Part shown: positions 1 through 8,095 of the stretch, one piece after another
How positions within the stretch are numbered: the stretch's first letter is position 1
Layout: each line of letters starts with the position of its first letter
From: Planctomycetota bacterium
Lineage (GTDB): Bacteria; Planctomycetota; UBA1135; UBA2386
Assembly (NCBI GenBank): GCA_965228735.1
Contig: OZ245838.1
Span: 384,001-448,000, forward strand
Reading direction: 5' to 3'
DNA length: 64,000 nt
The notes under the pieces: model-generated
What the model was told of the DNA's origin: nothing
Databases searched by the model: none
What the model saw: the letters and a program-made list of their open reading frames with translations, nothing else
Position numbers and translations under genes: made by a program

Positions 1-1398
1 TGGCGTGCACCAGAGAATCTGGCGTTCGGGCAGCGCCAGCAGCGCCAGGATGACCGGCAGCGCGGCGACGGCGCGCCGGTGGGGTGCGACGTTGCGCGGG
101 ATCACGAGCACGACGCCAGCCGCGCCGAGCAGCACGAGCGCCGGTAGCCAGGACCACGTCGGCAGCCACCAGTTGGCGATGGCGTCACCGATGCCGTTCG
201 GCCACGCCGTGACGACCATCGCGACGGCGAGCGCGACGAGGCCGGCGGGGTGCCGCGCCATCGCCCCGAGGGCGATCACGAGCACGAGCATCTCGGGCGC
301 GAAGTACCACAGGGCCTGGTTGTGGTAGCCCTGGCACAATGCGTAGTAGAGATGCTTCGGCACGAACGACAGCAGCGCGCACCACAGCACGACCTCGGCG
401 GCCGCCGGGCGTTCGCCGCGACGTTGCAGGAAGACCATGCGGAACGGCACGATCGTGATGATCAGCGTGACGATCGCGAGCGCGCGCGCGATGTGCTGCG
501 TGTTGTCGACGAGCGACTGCGTCGAAAAGAACCAGAACAGCCGGTCCTGGATCCGTTCGGCCCACCACGTCGGATCGGTCCACAGGATCGGTCCCGACCA
601 CTGGTTCTTCATCGCGCCGCTGATTGGCATCAGGTGGCCGAACTGCAGGAGGTTGCTGGCCGCGTAGCCGAGGCCGATCGGGCCGAGCGTCGCCGCGATG
701 CGCAGGAGCGGCGGGATCCCGCGGCGGCGATGCAGTGCGAGGACGGTGACGCCGAGCACCGCGGCGAACAGGAAGTTGTCGAGGCGCGCGAGGAACAGCA
801 GTCCGAGCAGCGCACCGAGTCCGTACTGGTGCGCGTTCGATGCGTCGCCCCGGAGCACCGGGATCGCGCAACGCAGCACGACGACGAGGAGGAGGCCGTT
901 GAGTGACGACTCGCACAGCGTGAAGTACGACGTCGCGCAGGGCGCCCACACGACGAGCGCGATGCCGATCAGGATCGCGTCGCGCCGCTCCACCGAGAAC
1001 GCGCGCAACAGCTGCACGGCCTGCCAGGCGGTCGCGAGCAACGCGATGTTGGCGAGGAAGAACGCGGCGCGCACGAGCCCGTTCGGTGAGAACGACATGG
1101 TCCACTGCAGCGCAGCGAGGACGTATTGCCACAAGGGTTGGAACCCGCTCGTCGGGTGGACGCCGTCGAACGTCGGCCCGTTGCCGTCCGCCATGTGCCG
1201 TGCGATCTGCAGGAAGTAGAACGCGTCGTCGGCGATCGGCAGCGTGCTCCAGTCGTCGATGAGACGAAGCAGCGACAGCGAGTAATACGGGCCGAACCAG
1301 GCCAGTGCGGCCAGCGTGGTGAGTGCCGCGATCAGCGCGTGGCGCCCCCTCGAGGTGTACGAGGATTCGACAGTCGGGGCGACGGTGGGGGACTCCAT
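1..1398 (-). CDS. Polytopic membrane protein, GT-C-like glycosyltransferase (3' end runs off the window)
   Basis: Absent from the ORF track because it has no stop in the window. Read by hand from ATG 1398: MESPTVAPT...IADDAFYFLQIARHMADGNGPTFDGVHPTSGFQPLW, then many TM segments. The DDAFY...GxGxTFDG...PLW pattern is typical of GT-C-like proteins. Confidence 0.7.
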   Translation of the reverse strand, partial: MESPTVAPTVESSYTSRGRHALIAALTTLAALAWFGPYYSLSLLRLIDDWSTLPIADDAFYFLQIARHMADGNGPTFDGVHPTSGFQPLWQYVLAALQWTMSFSPNGLVRAAFFLANIALLATAWQAVQLLRAFSVERRDAILIGIALVVWAPCATSYFTLCESSLNGLLLVVVLRCAIPVLRGDASNAHQYGLGALLGLLFLARLDNFLFAAVLGVTVLALHRRRGIPPLLRIAATLGPIGLGYAASNLLQFGHLMPISGAMKNQWSGPILWTDPTWWAERIQDRLFWFFSTQSLVDNTQHIARALAIVTLIITIVPFRMVFLQRRGERPAAAEVVLWCALLSFVPKHLYYALCQGYHNQALWYFAPEMLVLVIALGAMARHPAGLVALAVAMVVTAWPNGIGDAIANWWLPTWSWLPALVLLGAAGVVLVIPRNVAPHRRAVAALPVILALLALPERQILWCTP

Positions 1399-1558
1399 GG
1401 CGGCAGCCGCTCTATCGTCCCTTGGCCAGCCGTGACTGCAGGCGGTGTGGGTGGGGGCCGCAAGTCGGACGCGGTACCTGCCGCAATCGCCGAACGCGCT
1501 CGCGGCTTCCCTGTGCCCGATTGCCGTCGTCCCTCCAGCCTGCCTCGCTCCCTCGACG

Positions 1559-2038
1559 TCAGAGCGCTTTCACGAGCCACTTGTTGTCGAACGTGACGCC
1601 ACCGACCGCCTTCGTGTGGTCTGCCACGGCCTCGTAGCCGAGGCTGGCGAGCGCCTTCTGCGCGAGCCGCGACGAATCGACCCGTAAGCGTGTGCAGCCA
1701 GCAGCGCGAGCCCGGTCCTCGATGGCCTCCACGAGCTGTCGCGCCACACCGCGGCGCCACGCCGTCGGGTCGACGTAAAGGAAATCCAGCCGTTCGTCGG
1801 CAGCCACCAGCGTCGCGAAGCCGAGCATGCGGTCGCCTTCGAAGGCGCCGACTACCGCCACCGCCGCGGTTGCTCCGCCCGAGAACATCATCGTCAACCG
1901 TTCGACGGTCATGCCTCGCAGCCAGACCGCGACCTGCGCCGGCGAGTAGTCCTGGCCGGACGTCGCCGTGATGGCGCGCCGCGCGAGGGCGACGGCCTCG
2001 GCCGCATGCCCGGCGTCACACGCGGCGATCCGGATCAC
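1559..2038 (-). CDS. GNAT family N-acetyltransferase
   Basis: LDFLYVDPTAWRRGVARQL acetyl-CoA motif A. GTG start overlaps the upstream stop (GTGA). Confidence 0.85.
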   Translation of the reverse strand: MIRIAACDAGHAAEAVALARRAITATSGQDYSPAQVAVWLRGMTVERLTMMFSGGATAAVAVVGAFEGDRMLGFATLVAADERLDFLYVDPTAWRRGVARQLVEAIEDRARAAGCTRLRVDSSRLAQKALASLGYEAVADHTKAVGGVTFDNKWLVKAL

Positions 2039-2391
2039 GTGGCTCCGCCGGCAGCGGCCGCGTTCGACTGCTGCTGCGCTGCCTCGTGTTGCGCCAGCAT
2101 CGAGGACGCCATGGAGCTGCTGCGGAACGAGGTGAGGCACGTCACGCCGAGGCCGAACCCCTTCATCTCGTTGAGCCAGAGTTGCCTGCCGGTCAGCGCG
2201 TCGAGGCAGAACGTGTAGCCGTTCACCGACGCGATCAGGCGTTCGCCGTCGAGCATCAGCGCGACGGCGCCGCTGCCCTTCGGGCTCTTCCACTGCCAGA
2301 CCAGTTCGCCGGTCTCGCGGTGCAGCGCGGCCACGCGCTTGTTGAAGCCGGCGTAGACCAGATCGGCGACGGCGGGTGCGGTCGTGCTCAT
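2035..2391 (-). CDS. Small PQQ-like beta-propeller repeat protein
   Basis: VAALHRETGELVW and FCLDALTGRQLW repeats. Confidence 0.75.
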   Translation of the reverse strand: MSTTAPAVADLVYAGFNKRVAALHRETGELVWQWKSPKGSGAVALMLDGERLIASVNGYTFCLDALTGRQLWLNEMKGFGLGVTCLTSFRSSSMASSMLAQHEAAQQQSNAAAAGGAT

Positions 2392-2515
2392 CCCCCTACG
2401 TTCGCTGCACGTCTTCGGTGGGGCAAGGACCCCTCGGCGATGTTGCAGTGACGTGGCGTTGCAGCATCGCGCTCACCCGCGGAGTCTCGGTCGCCGGGCG
2501 GTCGCCGGAGATGGC

Positions 2516-2659
2516 TTACTCGGCCTCGGGAGTCTGCACGCCGTCGGTTGCTTTCCCCTCGTCGATCGCGGCGTTGTGCGACGAGATCATCGACGCGAGG
2601 CCCGACCCGACGAGGATGGTGACGAAGAGTCCGAATCCGAAGATGAAGACGTCCGTCAT
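2516..2659 (-). CDS. 47-aa single-TM small protein
   Basis: MTDVFIFGFGLFVTILVGSGLASMI..., preceded by a GGAGG RBS. Confidence 0.6.
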   Translation of the reverse strand: MTDVFIFGFGLFVTILVGSGLASMISSHNAAIDEGKATDGVQTPEAE

Positions 2660-2686
2660 CGCTGCCTCCGAGCCGGGAGCCGGCGA

Positions 2687-2971
2687 GCGGCGCGCGATCT
2701 CGTTTCCCGCCGTCGACCTCGGGCGCGGCCACGGCGGTCCTGGATGCTCGCGATGGACCGCATGTTCCTGGCCTACATGCAGCGCTGCCCTGGCGCGAAG
2801 CCCGAGGTCTTCCTGCGCCTGTTCGAGCGGGTCCCCGCCGACGTTCTGGTGCGGTTCCTGTCGGATCGCTGCACTGCCCGCGACGCCGGTCAGGTCATCG
2901 CGGCGATGCCGAAGATCCCGATGCTCGCCACGGCGCTCGCGCGGTGGCGACTGTGGCTGCGCCATGACTGA
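2687..2971 (+). pseudogene. crtY: 3' remnant of a lycopene beta-cyclase (CrtY-like)
   Basis: WMLAMDRMFL...PEVFLRLFERVPADVLVRFLSD...IAAMP matches the C-terminus of lycopene cyclases in rhodopsin clusters. Its stop overlaps the blh start. No N-terminal FAD-binding region is present; the 5' boundary is approximate. Confidence 0.65.
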
Positions 2972-3968
2972 CGGCGTCGTCTTCGGGTCGGTCGTGTTCG
3001 CGCGCCATCGGGTAGCGGCCGCCGTCCTCACCGGGCTCGCGCTGGTCGGGCACGGCCTGCTGCCCGAACTGCCGCCGGACGGCGAGCTCGTGCTGCTCGT
3101 CGTCGCGGTTGCCCTGCTCGGCGTGCCGCACGGTGCCGTCGACCATCTCGTCGCCAAGCCGTTCTTTGCCGGACGCTGGCAACGCGTCTGGCTGCCCGTC
3201 TTCGGCCTGTGCTACGTCGGTCTGGCAGCGCTCGTGGTGCTGCTGTGGCTGCTCGCTCCGGGTGTGTCCCTGGCCGGCTTCCTGCTGCTCTCGATCCTGC
3301 ACTTCGGTGCGGGTGACCAGCGGGACGGACTCGGGGCGTTGGCGTCGGGTTCGCTCGTCGTGCTGGGACCGGTCGCCGTCCATCCAGCGGACTGCGCCAC
3401 GCTGTTCGCGCCGCTCGCCGGGCGGTCGGGTGACGCGATGGCCGGGCTGCTCGAGGGCTTGCAGCCGTTGCTGTTGGCAACCGTCGCATTGGCGCTGCTG
3501 CCGTTCGTTGTCCGCAGTCTGCGCCGACGTTGCTGGGCGATCCTCGCAGAGCTGGGGTTGCTCGCGACGACCGTCGCCCTTCTGCCGCCGCTGCAGGCGT
3601 TCGTGCTCTACTTCTGCATCTGGCACGCACCACGTCACGTGCTCGAGATCGCGCAGTCGTTCGCTCCCGGGTCGACGAGGCTCGGCCTCAGGAGGTTCGT
3701 GTGGGCGGCGCTGCCGTTCTCGGCGCTGACGATCGCGGGCGGGGCGCTCGCCTGGGCCAGCGTCGCGAGCCTCCGCTCACCGAGCGACGCGACGCTGCAG
3801 GTGATCTTCATCGGGTTGGCCGCGCTCACAGTCCCGCACATGATCGTTATGAGTGCCGCGAGTCGCGGCGGCGATCAGCTGGCCCTGAGCGCTACGACTG
3901 CGCCAGCACGAAGTCGAGCGCGCCGCGCACCGCCGCGACCTGTGCCCGGTTGCAGTCCTCGTCCGTGA
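2964..3968 (+). CDS. blh: Brp/Blh family beta-carotene 15,15'-dioxygenase
   Basis: GVPHGAVDH, SILHFG, YFCIWHAPRH and IGLAALTVPHM His motifs; multi-TM. Confidence 0.9.
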   Translation: MTDGVVFGSVVFARHRVAAAVLTGLALVGHGLLPELPPDGELVLLVVAVALLGVPHGAVDHLVAKPFFAGRWQRVWLPVFGLCYVGLAALVVLLWLLAPGVSLAGFLLLSILHFGAGDQRDGLGALASGSLVVLGPVAVHPADCATLFAPLAGRSGDAMAGLLEGLQPLLLATVALALLPFVVRSLRRRCWAILAELGLLATTVALLPPLQAFVLYFCIWHAPRHVLEIAQSFAPGSTRLGLRRFVWAALPFSALTIAGGALAWASVASLRSPSDATLQVIFIGLAALTVPHMIVMSAASRGGDQLALSATTAPARSRARRAPPRPVPGCSPRP

Positions 3969-4806
3969 CCTTGGGGCTGTCGGGGTAGACCTCGGTCGTG
4001 GTCGTGTAGGTCGCGTTCGTCATGCCCATGCACAGGCCGAGCCCCTTCGCCGCATAGTTGATCACGCCGTTCTGCGTGACATCTTCCCCGATGATCTGCC
4101 CGTTCTCGTCCGGCGGCGCGATGTGCGTCACCTGCTCGACCGAGCGGATGATCGCGGCCTGGAACTCGGGCTGCGGGTTCTCCGCGTCACCCACGGTGTA
4201 GAACCCATCCGGGATCTCGCCCGCGCCGAGCTCGTTGCCGTCGCGCGCGGCCTTCGCCGGGCGGAACTCGGTCTCGTCGGTGTCCGTCGTCTCGTGCAGA
4301 TCCATGTGCATGACGAAGTCATGGCCGCGTTCCGCGAGCAGCGCCATGACGGCGGCCGACTCTCCGCATGGGCTGTCGGGAACGAACGAACGATTGGGGT
4401 CGATCGCCGCGCTGTTCCAGCGGTGGATGACCTCGTAGGCCCAGGGGCTCACGCACGGCAGCACGAGCAGGTTGATGCGATCCGCGTAGTCCTCGGCGTG
4501 CTCTGCCACGAACGCGAGCGCGCCCTGCACGCCGCTCGTCTCGTAGCCGTGCACGCCGCCGGTGATCAGCGCCCACGGCTTGTCCGGCGCCGGCGACTTC
4601 GGCGCGATCGCGAACAGCGGGAAGCGGTCCGGGTCGATCTCGAGCGCGCCGTATTGCGTGACATCGAAGCGCTCGCGCAACGCGTCGATCTTCTGCACGA
4701 CCTCGTCGTGATAACTGCGCTTCCTGGTCTGCTGCGAGAGCCAGGTGGCCTTGTCGTCGTCGGTCCAGGGCTGGCCGGGAGTGCCGATGGGGTAGAAGCG
4801 TTCCAT
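3892..4806 (-). CDS. M14 family metallopeptidase (succinylglutamate desuccinylase/aspartoacylase-like)
   Basis: YPIGTPGQPW N-terminus, GGVHGYETSG, DPNRSF, DLHET, TTTEVYPDS. Confidence 0.85.
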   Translation of the reverse strand: MERFYPIGTPGQPWTDDDKATWLSQQTRKRSYHDEVVQKIDALRERFDVTQYGALEIDPDRFPLFAIAPKSPAPDKPWALITGGVHGYETSGVQGALAFVAEHAEDYADRINLLVLPCVSPWAYEVIHRWNSAAIDPNRSFVPDSPCGESAAVMALLAERGHDFVMHMDLHETTDTDETEFRPAKAARDGNELGAGEIPDGFYTVGDAENPQPEFQAAIIRSVEQVTHIAPPDENGQIIGEDVTQNGVINYAAKGLGLCMGMTNATYTTTTEVYPDSPKVTDEDCNRAQVAAVRGALDFVLAQS

Positions 4807-4986
4807 GGTGTCGGGCCGGAGTCTCGGCGACGCGACGCGCTTTGGCAATCGTCCGAGTGCGGTCCATGCCGGCCATGCCGGGGGCATGCCGACGGCAGCA
4901 CGACGGCGAGGTCGGTCATGCTCAAGAAACGCCAGTTGTCGTTGCCGAGGTGATCGGGCGAGCGTCTGCACCGCGAGCCCGATAGG

Positions 4987-5496
4987 ATGCCGTTCATGAC
5001 CAGTCCGCGGATGCGCCCGGTCTTTGCGCAGACGTTCGCCGGAGCCCCCGAGGCGTTCTGGGATCGACTCGGCGAGAGCCTGCGGGGCGAGGACGGCGGG
5101 GTTCGTGGTCAGACGTTCGAAGGTGGTGCGATCCTGCGCCTGCGGCACTCCGATCGTCACGTCTGGAGCCCGGCGCTCTACGTTCACGTCGAGCAGGACG
5201 ACACGGGCCGCGTGCTCGTGCGCGGGCGGTTCTCACCGAGTTCACCGGTCTGGACTGCGTTCGTCGCGATCTACCTCGTGCTGCTCTGTCTGGCGATGGC
5301 GGCGGGCTCCTACGGCGGCGCGCAGCTCATCCTCGACGAGTATCCGTGGGCGTTCTGGGGTGTGCCGCTCGCCGTCGTGCTCGCGGCGTTCACCTACGGA
5401 GCCGCGTTCATCGGCCAGGGGCTGAGCAGCGACGACATGTATCGCCTGCGTGCGTTCGTCGACGCAGTCGTCGAGACGGCCGGGGACGCGGGGTAG
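4987..5496 (+). CDS. Hypothetical membrane protein (2 TM)
   Basis: Coherent ORF with two hydrophobic helices near the C-terminus. Confidence 0.7.
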   Translation: MPFMTSPRMRPVFAQTFAGAPEAFWDRLGESLRGEDGGVRGQTFEGGAILRLRHSDRHVWSPALYVHVEQDDTGRVLVRGRFSPSSPVWTAFVAIYLVLLCLAMAAGSYGGAQLILDEYPWAFWGVPLAVVLAAFTYGAAFIGQGLSSDDMYRLRAFVDAVVETAGDAG

Positions 5497-5547
5497 ATCG
5501 AACCCAGCGCGCACGGGGTCGCGACAGCCGTGCCAACTGGCCTGGCG

Positions 5548-5823
5548 CTACTCGGACTCCGCCGTCGCGCCGTCGGCTTCGTTCCCGTGGATCACCGCTC
5601 GCGCGGCATCGACGAGTCGGCCGAGTCGAACGACGCACGGATCACAGGCGCTGTTGCAGCACGTTCGCCACTCCTCGTCGGGAACGTCCACGTGCTGCGA
5701 CACGAAGTGCACGTACGACGGATCGACGTCCTCCCGAACGAAGTCGGCGGCGAGGCGCTGCAAGAGTTCTCGGTAGTGCAACGGGCGGTTGGGTGTGGTC
5801 GAGGCGTCCGAGGAGCGTAGCAA
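5548..5823 (-). CDS. Small Cys-motif protein (oxidoreductase-like CCxSxCxxC domain); start uncertain
   Basis: WRTCCNSACDPCV motif. Confidence 0.55.
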   Translation of the reverse strand: MLRSSDASTTPNRPLHYRELLQRLAADFVREDVDPSYVHFVSQHVDVPDEEWRTCCNSACDPCVVRLGRLVDAARAVIHGNEADGATAESE

Positions 5824-5859
5824 TGGGCAAACCGGCGTGGGCGGTCTATACCGGGAACC

Positions 5860-6168
5860 ATGAGCACCGCGAGCCATGGCCCCGTTGCCACCGAGATGAT
5901 CCGCCGGCTCGAGGCCGCGCTCGCCCCGACCCGTCTGGTGCTACGCGACGACAGCGACGCCCACCGCGGGCATGCCGGGCACAGCGGGGCCGGCGAGAGC
6001 CACTTCTCGCTGCAGATCGAGAGCGCCGAGTTCGCCGGCCAGAATCGCGTCCAGCGGCAGCGCGCGGTCTATCGGGCGCTGGGCGACCTGATGACGACGC
6101 GGGTCCATGCCCTGAGCATCGAGGCGACCGCTCCCGAAGAGCGCGAGTCGCGCGAGCGCCGCGGCTGA
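5860..6168 (+). CDS. bolA: BolA family protein
   Basis: DDSDAHRGHAGH...ESHF...RVQRQRAVY...VHALSI. Confidence 0.9.
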   Translation: MSTASHGPVATEMIRRLEAALAPTRLVLRDDSDAHRGHAGHSGAGESHFSLQIESAEFAGQNRVQRQRAVYRALGDLMTTRVHALSIEATAPEERESRERRG

Positions 6169-6272
6169 CCGATGCCCAGGGCTACTCGCCGTCGCGCGAG
6201 TGCGGCGAGCCATTCCGAGCGAGAACGGGAATACGGCTGTCAGGCCGGGGTGAATGCCGACCTGGAGCTGGC

Positions 6273-8021
6273 ATGAAGCATCTCGCCAGCGCCGTCGCCA
6301 TCCTGGCCGCCAGCGGTCTCACCGCCCAATGCGGCATCGTCGCCGACCTGACCCAGGGCACCACCAACAACGGCAACATCGCCCATCTCGTCGCCGCGTT
6401 CGGCAACGAGCTCTACTTCCAGGGCTACTACCCGGGAACGGGCGGTGAGCTCTGGCGGTGGACCGCTGCGGGCGGCGCGCAGCTCGTCGTCGACCTCGCG
6501 CCGGGGTCCGCGCCGACCAATCCCGACCAGATCACGCCGTGCTGCACCGCCGCCGGCCCGCGCGTGCTCTACAGCGCGACGCAGAGCGGGCACGGTCGCG
6601 AGCTGTATGCCAGCGATGGCACCGCGGCCGGCACCGGTCGGGTCGCAGAGCTCATGGCGGGCTCGTCGAGCTCGTTGCCGACGGATCTCTGCGCCAGCGG
6701 CGGGCGCGTCTACTTCAACGCGCGCGACGCGTCCCACGGGGAGGAACTCTGGGTGTCCGACGGCACCGCGGTCGGGACCGTGCGGCTCAGCGACTTCGGA
6801 CCAGGCCCGCTCGATGGCCGCCCGAACGACATGTTCGACTTCGATGGTCGCGTGCTGTTCTCGGCCTGGACCCCGAGCACGGGGCGCGAGCTGTTCGTGT
6901 CGGACGGCACGGTCGCCGGCACGGGCCTGCTGCGCGATCTCGAGGTGGGGGCCGGCGATTCGGCGCCGCGCGAGTTCACGCGCCTCGGGGATCACGTCTA
7001 CTTCCTCGCCACGACGACGGCGAACGGCCGCGAGATCTGGCGCACCGACGGCACGCCCGCGGGGACCACGTTGCTGGCGGACCTGTTTCCGTTCAACTCC
7101 GCCGGACCCGTCGGTCTGGTCGCGTGCGGCGATCAGCTGTTCTTCCGCGAATGGACGGGCAGCAGCGGCGAGGTCTGGGTGACCGACGGCACCGCCGCGG
7201 GGACCGTGAACCTGACGGGGCCGCACGGCGTGACCGGGTCGCGCCTCACCGCATCCGCGACGCGGGTGTTCTTCACGGGCAGCAACGGCGCCGCCGGCAG
7301 CGAGCCGTGGGTGACGGACGGCACGGTCGGCGGCACGCAGATGCTCGGCGACCTGAGGCCGGGCAACGCTTCGTCGATGCCGCAGAAGTTCGTGGACTGC
7401 GGACCCGGCGTGGTCTTCGTCGCGCGCGTGACGACGCACGGCGAGCTGTGGTTCAGTGACGGCACGGCGGCGGGCACCTCGCACCTGTGCACGCTCGATC
7501 CGGGCGGCAGCGCCAACCCCGATCTGCTGACGATGTGCCGCGGTCGGTTGTTCCTGCACGCCTACAGCCCGAACTACGGGCGCGAGTTGTTCGGCATCGA
7601 CACTCCGGGCGCCAGCCGTGCCCTGCTCGGCGGCGGTGGTGCTCCCGACTGGCCGACGCTGACCACCGGCAGCGGCGGGGTCCCGGTCCTCGGTACGACG
7701 GTCGACCTGCAAGGGCACGGTCCCATCGGCCACACCGGCGTGCTGCTCGCGGGTGGCGCGGGGCGGCCCGCGCCGGTGCCGGCGGTCCCTGGCCTGATCG
7801 ATGGCGGCTGTGACTGGGTCGGTCTGCAGGCCGGCACGGCGGTGACCGTGGCGACGGTGTTCACGTCGAGTTACTCGGTGCCCTTCTCGATCCCGAACAA
7901 TGGTGCGTTCGAAGGCCTGGTGTTCCAGTTCCAGAACGTCTGGTTCCACCCGACCGCGACGCCGACGCTGCAGGTCAGCAACGGCCTGCAGCTCGTGATC
8001 GGGACGGGCGCGCCGCACTGA
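6273..8021 (+). CDS. Secreted ELWxxDGT-repeat beta-propeller protein with C-terminal domain
   Basis: Signal peptide MKHLASAVAILAA; about 8 ELW(x)SDGTxAGT repeats. Confidence 0.85.
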   Translation: MKHLASAVAILAASGLTAQCGIVADLTQGTTNNGNIAHLVAAFGNELYFQGYYPGTGGELWRWTAAGGAQLVVDLAPGSAPTNPDQITPCCTAAGPRVLYSATQSGHGRELYASDGTAAGTGRVAELMAGSSSSLPTDLCASGGRVYFNARDASHGEELWVSDGTAVGTVRLSDFGPGPLDGRPNDMFDFDGRVLFSAWTPSTGRELFVSDGTVAGTGLLRDLEVGAGDSAPREFTRLGDHVYFLATTTANGREIWRTDGTPAGTTLLADLFPFNSAGPVGLVACGDQLFFREWTGSSGEVWVTDGTAAGTVNLTGPHGVTGSRLTASATRVFFTGSNGAAGSEPWVTDGTVGGTQMLGDLRPGNASSMPQKFVDCGPGVVFVARVTTHGELWFSDGTAAGTSHLCTLDPGGSANPDLLTMCRGRLFLHAYSPNYGRELFGIDTPGASRALLGGGGAPDWPTLTTGSGGVPVLGTTVDLQGHGPIGHTGVLLAGGAGRPAPVPAVPGLIDGGCDWVGLQAGTAVTVATVFTSSYSVPFSIPNNGAFEGLVFQFQNVWFHPTATPTLQVSNGLQLVIGTGAPH

Positions 8022-8095
8022 GCCCGCCGCACTGACCCCGGCGGCCATCGAGTTCTCGATGGCGCGCACCGGCACTGATCTGGCGAGCACGTCGG

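Noticed and set aside
6400..7480. Repeated DNA words such as GACGGCAC as a possible CRISPR or repeat array
   Set aside because: They encode ELWxxDGT protein repeats; there is no constant repeat-spacer structure.
8011..8035. Short duplication CGCCGCACTGA around a stop codon
   Set aside because: Too short to support an insertion scar or att site.
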